Shown here piece after piece: positions 25,736 through 35,585 of a stretch of 64,000 nt of DNA. The stretch spans positions 25,811-89,810 of the forward strand of contig CAJQRK010000019.1 in NCBI GenBank assembly GCA_905612305.1, read 5' to 3'. The first letter of the stretch is position 1, and each line of letters begins with the position of its first letter. The notes under the pieces are model-generated. The model ran no database searches and was not told the DNA's origin. It was given only the letters and a program-made list of their open reading frames with translations. Both the position numbers and the translations under genes were made by a program. Source of the stretch: an uncultured Flavobacteriales bacterium. GTDB taxonomy: Bacteria > Bacteroidota > Bacteroidia > Flavobacteriales > BACL11.

Positions 25736-27041
25736 TACTAACTTTCAATCGTTTAATATGCCTTAAATCTGCTGACTCCACCATCATAGTATAAGGTGGT
25801 ATTTTGCAAATATCTCCAATTTTAAGCATTTTACCTTCTAACTCAAGCACTAAGCCTGCTAAAGAATCAGATTCTCCCTTTATCTCATCAAAATAATCCA
25901 TTTCTCCTTTTACTATTTTTAAAAAATCAATTAATGAAATTTTTCCTTCAAAAATAAAATTATGATCATCTAACTTGGAATAAATATTTTCATCTGCATC
26001 AAACTCATCATTAATCTCTCCAACAATCTCTTCAAGTACATCTTCCAACGTTACAATTCCTGATGTGCCCCCATATTCATCCACCACAATAGCAATATGA
26101 TTTTTCTTTACTTGAAATTCTTTTAACAAATCATTAATCATTTTTGTTTCAGGAACATAATAAGGAACTCTACACAGTTCCACCCAATCAAACTCATCAT
26201 TTTCATCCAAAAAAGGAATTAAATCTTTAATATACAGTATGCCTAAAATAGTATCAAACTGTTCCTTATACACAGGTATACGAGAAAAACCTGAACTGAT
26301 AATAAGTTGTAAAACCTCCTTAAATTTAGTTTTATGTTCAATAGCTAATACATCAACCCTTGACTTCATCACTTCTTTTACATCTGTATTTCCAAAGTCA
26401 ACAATTGATCTTAATATTCTTCTTTCGTCATCTTTGCTTGCGTGTCCAGTAATATCCAAAGCTTTCGTAATTTCTTCAATTGAAACTTCTGTTTGCTTTT
26501 GCACCAAACGCTTGTCAATAAAATTAGTAGTAGTAACTAACAAATAACTTAAGGGATAAAATACTTTTGTCAAAAATATCAGTGGCTTTGCCATGTTAAG
26601 CGAAAACTGTTTTGCATTCTGATTAGCATATATTTTAGGGGTAATCTCCCCAAAAAGAACTAAAAGTAAAGTAATGATAACAACTTGAAAAATAAATTCT
26701 AAAGGCGAACCTTCGGGAAAAGAAATAGCCAAGGAAGTTAGATATGCAGAAAGTACTATAATAGCAACATTGATGAAATTATTAGCAATTAAAATAGTGG
26801 CTAATAATTGATTTGGTTTTTTCAGTAATTTGAGAATGACACTGCTTCTCTTTTCTTTTGCTAAATCATCTAGCTCACTAGCCTTTAAGCAAAAATAGGC
26901 TACTTCAGCACCTGAAATAAAAGCTGAACAAACAATTAACAATACAACAATACTAAAACTTGTAAGTACTTCTGCATTAAAAAGGTGCAGCTCTACTCCA
27001 CTAAAGATTGATAAAATTATCGGGACGGGAACCTCTTCCAA
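25722..27041 (-). CDS. gldE: Gliding motility-associated protein GldE (DUF21/CNNM TM domain, CBS pair, CorC_HlyC)
   Basis: The domain order can be read from the sequence, and its position is upstream of gldD. Confidence 0.8.
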   Translation of the reverse strand: MEEVPVPIILSIFSGVELHLFNAEVLTSFSIVVLLIVCSAFISGAEVAYFCLKASELDDLAKEKRSSVILKLLKKPNQLLATILIANNFINVAIIVLSAYLTSLAISFPEGSPLEFIFQVVIITLLLVLFGEITPKIYANQNAKQFSLNMAKPLIFLTKVFYPLSYLLVTTTNFIDKRLVQKQTEVSIEEITKALDITGHASKDDERRILRSIVDFGNTDVKEVMKSRVDVLAIEHKTKFKEVLQLIISSGFSRIPVYKEQFDTILGILYIKDLIPFLDENDEFDWVELCRVPYYVPETKMINDLLKEFQVKKNHIAIVVDEYGGTSGIVTLEDVLEEIVGEINDEFDADENIYSKLDDHNFIFEGKISLIDFLKIVKGEMDYFDEIKGESDSLAGLVLELEGKMLKIGDICKIPPYTMMVESADLRHIKRLKVSIDEN

Positions 27042-27057
27042 ATTGTGATTTTTTTAG

Positions 27058-27468
27058 TTAAAATGGCAGGTCATCTGACTTATCACTAGCAGTTTCTTGT
27101 GGTGTATTTGTTGGGTTATCTTGAGAATGTTTTTTACCTCCAAGCATAGTCATATTATCTGCAAGTACCTCAGTATTGTATCTAGTATTCCCATCTTTAT
27201 CCTCCCATTTTCTTGTTTTTATTTTCCCCTCAATATAAACACTAGCACCTTTTTTAAGGTACTTTTCGGCTACTTCTGCCAAGCCTCTCCAAAGGACAAT
27301 ATTATGCCATTCTGTTTGGCTTACTTTTTCGCCTTCTTTATTCTTATAATTCTCAGTTGTCGCTAACGAAAAGTTAGCCACAGCAACTCCATTATCCAAA
27401 TATTTTACTTCAGGGTCTTTACCTAAATTACCTACTAAAATTACTTTATTTACGCCTGCCATAATCAC
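27058..27468 (-). CDS. ssb: Single-stranded DNA-binding protein
   Basis: OB-fold N-terminus [17 protein letters not shown] and the acidic tail DDLPF. Confidence 0.95.
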   Translation of the reverse strand: MIMAGVNKVILVGNLGKDPEVKYLDNGVAVANFSLATTENYKNKEGEKVSQTEWHNIVLWRGLAEVAEKYLKKGASVYIEGKIKTRKWEDKDGNTRYNTEVLADNMTMLGGKKHSQDNPTNTPQETASDKSDDLPF

Positions 27469-27506
27469 AATTATTTAAATTAGAATGTTCAACAAATATA
27501 TAAAAT

Positions 27507-28550
27507 CTATGTTAATTCTAGCGTCTCAAAATATTTTTCTGTTAAGCGAGAAACAGGATAATTTTCAAGTTCTTCTTTTGCTATTAATTGATGGTTTCTC
27601 AGATTAATGTCATTTGTTTTTACTTCCCAAAATTGAGCATATATTTTTTGATGCGAAAGCACATGAATAAATTCAGAAGAAATAGACTGAATCTCTACCT
27701 TTACACCTGCAAACATATTCGCCCACTCTTCTGATAAAAGTAATTCTTTTTCATTGACCCTAACAAAAAATTCTAAAAAAGGAAATTCATAAAGCCCTTG
27801 CCAAATACCTGACTTTCGTTTTCCTAAATAAACCCCTCCCTCTGTCTCTATCATTAAAAAGTGAAGAAATCTATTTTTAACTTTTATCTTCTTGGATTTT
27901 ACAGGTAATTTAGCAATTGTATTATTATTGTACGCCTCACAAAAACCCTGCATTGGACAAACACTACAGCTAGGTGATTTGGGCTTACATTGCATAGCGC
28001 CAAATTCCATTATTGCTTGATTGTAAACTGAAGGATTCTCTTTAATCAACAATTCTTGTGCCAATTCTTGAAATTGTTTTTTGCCAAGAGGAGTGTCATA
28101 AGGAGTGTCTACGCCAAAAATCCTGCTCAATACTCTTATAACATTTCCGTCCACAACAGCATAAGGCAACCCAAATGCAAAAGAAGTAATAGCAGCTGCC
28201 GTATAGGGACCTACTCCTTTTAATTTTAATATTTTTTGATAATCATTCGGAAATTTCCCGCCATAATTTGCAGCAATCTCTTTGGCTGTAAAATGTAAAT
28301 TTCTAGCACGCGAATAATAACCCAACCCTTGCCACATTTTTAAAACCTCATCTTCAGGAGCATTAGCCAAATCCTCTACTTTTGGATAAGCCTTTACAAA
28401 AGCAAGATAGTATGACGTACCTTGCACTACTCTTGTTTGTTGCAAAATAATTTCAGATAACCAAATATAATATGTATTAGCCGTATTACGCCAAGGTAAA
28501 TCCCTTTTGTTAACTTGATACCAACTTACTAACTTATTTGAAAAATTCAT
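27507..28550 (-). CDS. mutY: A/G-specific adenine DNA glycosylase MutY
   Basis: WYQVNKRDLPWR, an HhH-GPD motif, a 4-Cys Fe-S loop (C..KPKSPSCSVCPMQGFC) and a NUDIX-like C-terminal domain. Confidence 0.92.
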   Translation of the reverse strand: MNFSNKLVSWYQVNKRDLPWRNTANTYYIWLSEIILQQTRVVQGTSYYLAFVKAYPKVEDLANAPEDEVLKMWQGLGYYSRARNLHFTAKEIAANYGGKFPNDYQKILKLKGVGPYTAAAITSFAFGLPYAVVDGNVIRVLSRIFGVDTPYDTPLGKKQFQELAQELLIKENPSVYNQAIMEFGAMQCKPKSPSCSVCPMQGFCEAYNNNTIAKLPVKSKKIKVKNRFLHFLMIETEGGVYLGKRKSGIWQGLYEFPFLEFFVRVNEKELLLSEEWANMFAGVKVEIQSISSEFIHVLSHQKIYAQFWEVKTNDINLRNHQLIAKEELENYPVSRLTEKYFETLELT

Positions 28551-28622
28551 AACTTACTGAAAAATAAAAGAATAAACTCTACAAAAAAAACAAACGTGTA
28601 ATAGTAAAGCTAATTTTTTTAA

Positions 28623-28630
28623 TATATTTG
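28623..28630 (+). promoter_or_regulatory. Candidate -7 promoter element TATATTTG upstream of the HU gene
   Basis: Exact TAnnTTTG match, 44 nt upstream of the ATG at 28674. Confidence 0.4.
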
Positions 28631-28673
28631 CACGCTCAAAATTAGTCAAGAAATTAATATAAAACAAATAAAC

Positions 28674-28958
28674 ATGACAAAAGCAGAACTTGTTAGTAAG
28701 ATTGCGATAAAAACAGGAATTGAAAAATTAACCACACTAGCAGTAGTTGAATCAATGATGAGCGAAATAAAAGATTCAATCTCAATAAATGAAGCTGTAT
28801 TTCTAAGAGGATTTGGAACCTTCAAACCAAAGAAAAGAGCTGAAAAAACTGGGAGAAATATTAAGAAAAATACAATAATTATTATTCCAGCACATCATAT
28901 TCCAGCATTCAAACCGGCAAAAATATTTGTGCAGGCAGTAAAGAATAACTTAAAATAA
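28674..28958 (+). CDS. HU/IHF family DNA-binding protein
   Basis: 94 aa. MTKAELVSKIA...LRGFGTF..KKRAEKTGRNIKKNT...IPA is the HU fold signature. Confidence 0.9.
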   Translation: MTKAELVSKIAIKTGIEKLTTLAVVESMMSEIKDSISINEAVFLRGFGTFKPKKRAEKTGRNIKKNTIIIIPAHHIPAFKPAKIFVQAVKNNLK

Positions 28959-28986
28959 GCCTTTAAGAAAGCTAAAAAAATAAATA

Positions 28987-29079
28987 ATGTCAGGAGCTAA
29001 GAAAAAGAAAAGATTAAAAATTGCTACTCATAAGCGCAAGAAGCGTTCAAGAAAAAATAGACATAAAACTAAACTCTAG
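28987..29079 (+). CDS. Unannotated 30-aa hyper-basic micro-ORF (MSGAKKKKRLKIATHKRKKRSRKNRHKTKL)
   Basis: ATG in an A-rich context (aaaaaataaataATG). 18 of 30 residues are K or R, plus 2 H. It fills most of the 150-nt HU-rng gap and is below the ORF-track cutoff. Confidence 0.5.
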   Translation: MSGAKKKKRLKIATHKRKKRSRKNRHKTKL

Positions 29080-29108
29080 TTTTACGTTAGTCTCTTAAAC
29101 GATACGCC

Positions 29109-30644
29109 ATGAAATACGATCTTATTATCGATTCAAGGCCTTCTGAAGTAGTGATTGCACTTTTGCGTGACGGACTTTTAATAGAACTTCATAAAGAAAA
29201 GCACGATAACAATTATTCAGTAGGCGATATTTACCTAGGAAAAGTCCGAAAGACGACTCCTGGGTTAAATGCGTCATTCGTAAATATAGGTTATGAAAAA
29301 GATGGGTTTTTACATTATCTTGACCTTGGCCCTCAATTTAATTCTTTAAAGAATTTTACGCGTAAAGCAATTGATAAAAAATTAAATACTGCATCATTAA
29401 AAAACTTTAAGAAAGAAAAGAATCTTGAGAAAGATGGCAAGATCAATGATGCCCTGAAGGGGGGAGATTTAATTCTTACTCAAATTTCAAAAGAACCTAT
29501 ATCCACTAAAGGGCCTAGATTAACAACCGAGATTTCTTTAGCGGGCAGATACATGATTTTACTTCCATTTTCTGATAAAGTTTCTATTTCACAGAAAATC
29601 GAAAATGCTGAAGAAAAAGCCAGATTAAAAAATTTAGTCAGAAGCATAAAGCCTCCTGGGTTTGGAGTAATTATCAGAACAGTTGCCACAGGAAAGAAAG
29701 TAGCTGAACTAGATAGAGATTTAAAAAACCTTTACAAAAAATGGCAAATTGTAAGTAAAAAACTGCAAGGCGCTCAGCCTAACACTAAAATACTAGGTGA
29801 GCTTAATCGATCCTCTGCTATATTAAGGGATTTATTGAGTTCGAAATTCAATAACATTCATGTAAATAGTGCTGAAGTTAAGGAAGAGCTAAAAGAATAT
29901 CTTGTCGGTATTTCTCCTGAGCAAGAAAAGATTGTGAAATTGCATAAAAAAGAAACTCCTATCTTTCAAGAATTTAATGTTACCAAACAAATAAAAGGTG
30001 CATTTGGAAAAACTGTAACTATGAAAAAAGGAACCTATATTGTCATTGAACATACTGAGGCTCTACACGTAATTGATGTGAATAGCGGTAAAAAAGCAGA
30101 CGCAACAAAAGGTCAAGAGGCAAATGCTTTGGCTGTAAACTTAGAAGCAGCTGAGGAAGTGGCAAGGCAATTGCGACTTAGAGATATGGGGGGCATTATT
30201 GTTGTTGATTTCATTGATTTGAAACAAGAGAAAAATAGAAATCTCTTGACAGAAAAGATGAAGGAAGCAATGAGTACTGACAAGGCAAAGCATCATATTT
30301 TACCTCCAACTAAATTTGGACTAATACAGATAACTAGACAAAGAGTGCGCCCAGAGATGACTATTGACACACAGGAAAGCTGCCCAATGTGTTCTGGTGA
30401 AGGTAAGATTGATTCTAGCTTATTATTAATTGACCAAATTGAGAATAAACTACATAAACTAACCGAAACACATAAAGGTGATATTCAAATTTCAACACAT
30501 CCTTTTGTAGAAAGTTATATTAATAAAAAAGAGGGATGGTTCTCATCTTCTATAAGCAAGCAATGGTCCGCTAAATTTGGAAGAAGAATAACTATAACCG
30601 CTGATGATCGTTTGCATTTGTTACAATATAGCGTAGTAAAATAA
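29109..30644 (+). CDS. rng: Ribonuclease E/G family endoribonuclease (RNase G-like)
   Basis: S1 domain (GDIYLGKVRKTTPGLNASFVNIG), catalytic region HVIDVNSGK and GGIIVVDFID, and a Zn-link CPMCSGEG. Confidence 0.92.
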   Translation: MKYDLIIDSRPSEVVIALLRDGLLIELHKEKHDNNYSVGDIYLGKVRKTTPGLNASFVNIGYEKDGFLHYLDLGPQFNSLKNFTRKAIDKKLNTASLKNFKKEKNLEKDGKINDALKGGDLILTQISKEPISTKGPRLTTEISLAGRYMILLPFSDKVSISQKIENAEEKARLKNLVRSIKPPGFGVIIRTVATGKKVAELDRDLKNLYKKWQIVSKKLQGAQPNTKILGELNRSSAILRDLLSSKFNNIHVNSAEVKEELKEYLVGISPEQEKIVKLHKKETPIFQEFNVTKQIKGAFGKTVTMKKGTYIVIEHTEALHVIDVNSGKKADATKGQEANALAVNLEAAEEVARQLRLRDMGGIIVVDFIDLKQEKNRNLLTEKMKEAMSTDKAKHHILPPTKFGLIQITRQRVRPEMTIDTQESCPMCSGEGKIDSSLLLIDQIENKLHKLTETHKGDIQISTHPFVESYINKKEGWFSSSISKQWSAKFGRRITITADDRLHLLQYSVVK

Positions 30645-30645
30645 A

Positions 30646-32061
30646 CTAATTTTTCTCTACTGACATAATTCGTTTATACCAAAAAAGTAAGGGGATTAAT
30701 GTTAGAAACATTAAACCAACTCCTACAAAATAACCATATCTAATATTATCATTAATTTTGAAAAATGGTAAAGCAAAAGCCCCAATCATAATCATCCGCA
30801 CAATGATATTAAGTGAATTAAAAACAGAATTTGCTCTGCCAATTAGATTATTTGGAACATGATTAAAAATATAAGTTGTCCTTAAAATACGAACACCTGA
30901 ATTAGCAATACCAAGTATTAAATTTCCTAAGAAAAACACCCAAAGCAACTTATGCATAGCCATACCATAAAAAGCAAAGGAAACAGATACTAATAGAATG
31001 ATAATTGCAGCTACGGTATTTAATTTTCTAAATACTCTAAGGACAAGCACTCCTGAACAGATTGCTCCTAGTGAATAGTATATTTCAGCAGAAGCATATA
31101 TATTACCATCCATCTCCAAAAATTTATGCACATAAGAAGGAAGCAACACGTGTACCTCGACTAAAGTAAAAGCAAAAAGCATATAGGAAAGAAATCCAAA
31201 CATAAAAATTATTGGATGACCTTTTAAATATAGCACCCCTCCTTTCAAACGAGAAAACAAATTACCTTTATGTACTTCTTCCTTTACAATAGCCTTGTAT
31301 TTTATCAACAGAAAAATAAAGATTACTACTATATAGGTTATTGCATCCATTAAAAATACTTCATATATATTCCATGCTTTTATGTTGAATGGCACATGAA
31401 TGCTAAAGCCTGCAATCTCCAACACATTATTATGTATTCCTGTTAGCAATAAAGCTGCAAAAGCACCAGCTAATACTGATGTAGTTTGCCCTTGGACCTC
31501 AATATAGGAATTCAGTTTCCCATAATTTTTCGGCTCAGTAATTTCTTGCCCAAAAGCATACAAATTAGGATAATGAACATTATAATTAAAAATAGTAATT
31601 CCAAAAACTAAGATGACTAAAAAATCAGCTAAATGAGCCCTATAAAAACCATATAAAGCAATACTTCCAATGCAAAAACCACAAATTATATTAATGATAA
31701 TAAAGAGTTTTCTTCTGGAGTATCTATCGATTAAAGTTCCTGCATACAAACCCCAAAATAAGGTAAGAAAAGTAATTCCAATATAAGCAGAAGCAAACAT
31801 TTCAGGGCGCTCAACAATTTTTACAAAATACCAAGGAATTGCAATCATACTAATCCCCTGAGCAAAACCAGAAATGATATTTGCTGTGAATAAAAGAGTA
31901 ATTGCTTGTTTGTTTTGCACGGCTGCAAAAGTAGTATTTATAATCAGATTTAGTACTTTTGAAAAATGCACAATAAAAGAGTTTATGATATTAGCATTGC
32001 CCTTGAGCGCATCAAAAGCTATTGTGCCTTGCAAGATAGGTGTCAATGGGATGTGCTTCAA
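30646..32061 (-). CDS. MFS transporter (EntS/macrolide-efflux-like layout)
   Basis: About 12 TM helices. The first 47 codons overlap recX head-to-head, so the real start may be GTG at 31920 (MQNKQAITLLF...). Confidence 0.75.
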   Translation of the reverse strand: MKHIPLTPILQGTIAFDALKGNANIINSFIVHFSKVLNLIINTTFAAVQNKQAITLLFTANIISGFAQGISMIAIPWYFVKIVERPEMFASAYIGITFLTLFWGLYAGTLIDRYSRRKLFIIINIICGFCIGSIALYGFYRAHLADFLVILVFGITIFNYNVHYPNLYAFGQEITEPKNYGKLNSYIEVQGQTTSVLAGAFAALLLTGIHNNVLEIAGFSIHVPFNIKAWNIYEVFLMDAITYIVVIFIFLLIKYKAIVKEEVHKGNLFSRLKGGVLYLKGHPIIFMFGFLSYMLFAFTLVEVHVLLPSYVHKFLEMDGNIYASAEIYYSLGAICSGVLVLRVFRKLNTVAAIIILLVSVSFAFYGMAMHKLLWVFFLGNLILGIANSGVRILRTTYIFNHVPNNLIGRANSVFNSLNIIVRMIMIGAFALPFFKINDNIRYGYFVGVGLMFLTLIPLLFWYKRIMSVEKN

Positions 32062-32442
32062 AAGTTAAACGAGTGGGGGCTACGACAAGCAACAAAAGAT
32101 CATATTCTGGAAATGCTTATAACAGATAAATTTGTAGATGAGGAACGTTTTTCAGTATCTTTCTGTAGAGGAAAATTCAGAATCAAGAATTGGGGAAAGC
32201 GTAAGATTACTAATGAACTAAAGCGCAAACAAATCTCAACTATTTGCATAAATATTGGCCTAAAAGAAATTGATGATAATGACTACAATCAAGTACTTGA
32301 AAAATTATTTCATCATAAGAATAATATTTTAAAAGACAAAAACCACTTTACACGAAAAACAAAAATCGCTAGCTTTCTTATACAAAAAGGTTTTGAAAGC
32401 AATTTGGTGTGGGATAAAATAAGAGAGTTAAGCGATAAATAA
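31966..32442 (+). CDS. recX: Recombination regulator RecX
   Basis: 158 aa. ALERIKSYCALQDRCQWDVLQKLNEWG is the typical RecX opening, followed by three-helix repeats. Confidence 0.85.
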   Translation: MHNKRVYDISIALERIKSYCALQDRCQWDVLQKLNEWGLRQATKDHILEMLITDKFVDEERFSVSFCRGKFRIKNWGKRKITNELKRKQISTICINIGLKEIDDNDYNQVLEKLFHHKNNILKDKNHFTRKTKIASFLIQKGFESNLVWDKIRELSDK

Positions 32443-32455
32443 TTACTTTTGACCA

Positions 32456-33532
32456 ATGGTTAGCCAAGAGCAAATAAAAGAACTGATTTTACGAAAAAAT
32501 GAACTTTATAAGTTTGTTAACATTAAAGGAAAACAACTTGAGGTTAATGAATTTGAAATTAAATCGCAACAAGATGAATTTTGGGACAACCCTAAAGAAG
32601 CTCAAATCTTATTAAAAGAACTCAGCACTATAAAAAGCTGGTTAACATCCTACAACTCTGTTGCTAATAATATTGATGAGCTATCAGTTCTGTTAGAGCT
32701 TGAAGCGAATGAAGATGAGCTTGACATACAGCTGAAAAAAACAAAACAATCAATTGAAGAATTAGAATTCAAAAATATGTTGAGTGCTGAAGAGGACAGT
32801 ATGTCAGCAATTATAACTATAAATCCTGGAGCAGGAGGAACTGAAGGACAGGATTGGGCTGAAATGCTCATGCGTATGTACTTAATGTGGGGAGAGAAAA
32901 ATAAATACAAAGTAAAAACACTTGACATTCAAAAAGCAGAACCCGTAGGCATCAAATCTGTTACCATTGAAATAGAAGGAGATTTTGCTTTTGGACACTT
33001 AAAAGGAGAAAATGGAGTACACAGATTGGTTAGAATTTCTCCCTTTGATTCTAATGCAAAACGCCATACAACTTTTGCATCAGTATTCGTATATCCTCTT
33101 GCTGATGATAGTGTTAAAATTAATATTGACCCATCAGAAATAAGTTGGGATACTTTCCGAGCAAGTGGAGCTGGAGGGCAGGGAGTTAATAAAACAGAAT
33201 CGGCAGTAAGGTTAAAACACAAATCAAGCGGAATTATAATTGAAAATTCAGAATCAAGATCACAATTGGAAAATAAGGAAAAAGCTATAAACTTGTTAAA
33301 ATCTCAATTATACGAATTAGAAATCAGACGAAAACAAGAAGAAAAAGATAAAATTGAAGGAACTAAGAAAAAGATTGAATGGGGGTCGCAAATCAGAAAC
33401 TATGTACTTCATCCCTATAAAATGGTGAAAGATCTAAGGACAAATTATGAAAGCTCAAATCCTGATGCAATTTTAGATGGAGATTTGAATGCTTTTATAA
33501 AAGCCTACTTAATGGAATTTGGACAACAATAA
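32456..33532 (+). CDS. prfB: Peptide chain release factor 2 (single uninterrupted ORF)
   Basis: SPF tripeptide (RISPFDS), GGQ (SGAGGQGVNKTESAVR), and an N-terminus colinear with full-length RF2. Confidence 0.95.
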   Translation: MVSQEQIKELILRKNELYKFVNIKGKQLEVNEFEIKSQQDEFWDNPKEAQILLKELSTIKSWLTSYNSVANNIDELSVLLELEANEDELDIQLKKTKQSIEELEFKNMLSAEEDSMSAIITINPGAGGTEGQDWAEMLMRMYLMWGEKNKYKVKTLDIQKAEPVGIKSVTIEIEGDFAFGHLKGENGVHRLVRISPFDSNAKRHTTFASVFVYPLADDSVKINIDPSEISWDTFRASGAGGQGVNKTESAVRLKHKSSGIIIENSESRSQLENKEKAINLLKSQLYELEIRRKQEEKDKIEGTKKKIEWGSQIRNYVLHPYKMVKDLRTNYESSNPDAILDGDLNAFIKAYLMEFGQQ

Positions 33533-33536
33533 AAAG

Positions 33537-33878
33537 ATGAAAATATACCATAACCCTAGCTGTAGTAAAAGCAGAAAATCTCTTGCAATAGTTGAAGAGA
33601 GTGCTTCTAAATTTGAAATTATTGAGTACTTAAAAAAGCCGCTTACAGTTAAAGAAATAAAGGTACTTTTACTACAACTCAATATAAAAGCCAGTGAACT
33701 TGTAAGGACTCAAGAAGCAATATGGAAAGAAAATTATAAAGGAAAAATATTAACGGATAACGAAATAATCAATATTATGGCAAAAAACCCTAAACTTATT
33801 GAACGTCCAATTGTTGAGCATAACAATAAAGCGGTAATAGGAAGACCTCCAGAGAATGTATTAAGCTTATTTACTTAA
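33537..33878 (+). CDS. arsC: ArsC/Spx-family reductase (glutaredoxin-type arsenate reductase-like)
   Basis: MKIYHNPSCSKSRKSL has the catalytic Cys context. 113 aa counted from the ATG at 33537. The track start at 33519 is TTG inside prfB. Confidence 0.75.
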   Translation: MKIYHNPSCSKSRKSLAIVEESASKFEIIEYLKKPLTVKEIKVLLLQLNIKASELVRTQEAIWKENYKGKILTDNEIINIMAKNPKLIERPIVEHNNKAVIGRPPENVLSLFT

Positions 33879-34024
33879 GCAGGGATCTGATCTTTCTCTA
33901 ATTTTCCCTCTTTAGCCCAAACAAAAATAAAGTATGGAATAACACTCGCAAGGAAAATAATAGCCCAAAAAGCCATTAGGAAAACAAAAACAAATATTAA
34001 AAAGCCTAAGAATTTCATAATCAT
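33875..34024 (-). CDS. Possible 49-aa small membrane protein (MIMKFLGFLIFVFVFLMAFWAIIFLASVIPYFIFVWAKEGKLEKDQIPA)
   Basis: It is below the ORF-track cutoff and fills an otherwise empty 197-nt gap. It is strongly hydrophobic, with roughly two helices. Confidence 0.35.
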   Translation of the reverse strand: MIMKFLGFLIFVFVFLMAFWAIIFLASVIPYFIFVWAKEGKLEKDQIPA

Positions 34025-34075
34025 TAATTTTGCACAAAGAAACAACAACTCATAAAACTATCAAAACATTTTAAG

Positions 34076-35461
34076 ATGAAATATAGAATAGAAAAAGATA
34101 CCATGGGAGAGGTACAAGTGCCTGCTGATAAATACTGGGGAGCACAAACCGAAAGAAGTAGAAACAACTTTAAAATTGGTATGGTTGCAAGTATGCCTTT
34201 GGAAATAGTTTACGGCTTTGCCTATCTAAAAAAAGCGGCTGCACACACCAATTGTGAATTGGGTGTTTTGTCTGCAGACAAAAGAGATTTGATTTCCAAA
34301 GTATGTGACGAAATATTAGAAGGACAACATGATGAGCAATTTCCTTTAGTAATTTGGCAAACAGGAAGCGGCACTCAAAGCAACATGAATACCAATGAAG
34401 TAATTGCCAATCGCGCACATGTAATTAATGGCGGAAATTTGGAAGATGCAGAAAAAACAATTCATCCAAATGATGATGTAAATAAATCACAAAGCTCAAA
34501 TGACACTTTCCCAACAGGAATGCATATTGCAGCTTACAAAACTATAATAGAAAATACAATGCCTAGCGTGGAGCAATTACGCGACACTTTAGAGGCAAAG
34601 TCAGTTGCTTTTAATAAAGTAGTTAAAATTGGCAGAACTCATCTTATGGATGCTACTCCGCTTACTTTAGGGCAAGAATTTTCTGGCTATGTTTCTCAGT
34701 TGAACCATGGACTAAAAGCACTTAATAATACCTTACCTCACCTTTCAGAATTAGCTTTAGGAGGCACGGCTGTTGGAACAGGAATTAACACCCCTGCTGG
34801 CTATGCTGATTTAGTTGCTAAAAAAATTGCAGAATTTACTGACCTTCCATTTATAAGTGCTGAAAACAAATTTGAAGCTTTAGCCGCTCATGATGCAATT
34901 ATTGAAAGTCATGGAGCATTAAAACAATTGGCAGTTTCTTTAAATAAAATAGCTAACGATATTCGTTTATTGGCTTCTGGGCCAAGAAGTGGAATTGGCG
35001 AACTTATTATTCCATCTAATGAGCCGGGATCATCTATTATGCCTGGGAAAGTTAACCCAACACAATGTGAGGCCATAACAATGGTGTGTGCCCAAGTAAT
35101 AGGAAATGATGTAGCAATAACTGTGGGAGGGATGCAAGGACATTACGAACTGAATGTTTTTAAACCCTTAATGGCAGCCAACTTCTTACAATCCGCTAGA
35201 TTATTAGGAGATGCTTGTATTTCATTTGATAAAAATTGTGCTGTAGGAATTGAGCCTAACCATGCAAATTTGAAAAAGAACTTAGATAATTCATTAATGT
35301 TAGTTACGGCACTAAATACTAAGATAGGTTACGAAAAAGCTGCAAAAATTGCAAAAACAGCTCATAAAAACGGAACAACTCTTAAAGAAGAAAGTATTAA
35401 TCTAGGATATCTCACTACTGATGAATTTGATGCTTGGGTGCGACCAGAAGATATGTGTTGA
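34076..35461 (+). CDS. fumC: Class II fumarate hydratase
   Basis: [15 protein letters not shown] signature and [11 protein letters not shown]. 461 aa. Confidence 0.97.
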   Translation: MKYRIEKDTMGEVQVPADKYWGAQTERSRNNFKIGMVASMPLEIVYGFAYLKKAAAHTNCELGVLSADKRDLISKVCDEILEGQHDEQFPLVIWQTGSGTQSNMNTNEVIANRAHVINGGNLEDAEKTIHPNDDVNKSQSSNDTFPTGMHIAAYKTIIENTMPSVEQLRDTLEAKSVAFNKVVKIGRTHLMDATPLTLGQEFSGYVSQLNHGLKALNNTLPHLSELALGGTAVGTGINTPAGYADLVAKKIAEFTDLPFISAENKFEALAAHDAIIESHGALKQLAVSLNKIANDIRLLASGPRSGIGELIIPSNEPGSSIMPGKVNPTQCEAITMVCAQVIGNDVAITVGGMQGHYELNVFKPLMAANFLQSARLLGDACISFDKNCAVGIEPNHANLKKNLDNSLMLVTALNTKIGYEKAAKIAKTAHKNGTTLKEESINLGYLTTDEFDAWVRPEDMC

Positions 35462-35585
35462 TAGTATTTCCCCCTATCCCCTTTTGAATAATATTGTTCT
35501 GCTAAATCCCATTGCTGATGAACATCCAAATACTTATAAAAAACAAGAAAAGTAAAAGAATTAGCCTTTTTATTACACTTTAAGT

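Noticed and set aside
32440-32470. Programmed +1 frameshift site in prfB (CTT TGA C). The string ACTTTTGACCAATGG just upstream looked suggestive.
   Set aside because: The TGA at 32450 is in the same frame as the main ORF, two codons before its ATG. The other candidate frame is closed by the recX stop at 32440. The 358-aa ORF is colinear with full-length RF2 from its own ATG. This prfB is therefore a single uninterrupted ORF.
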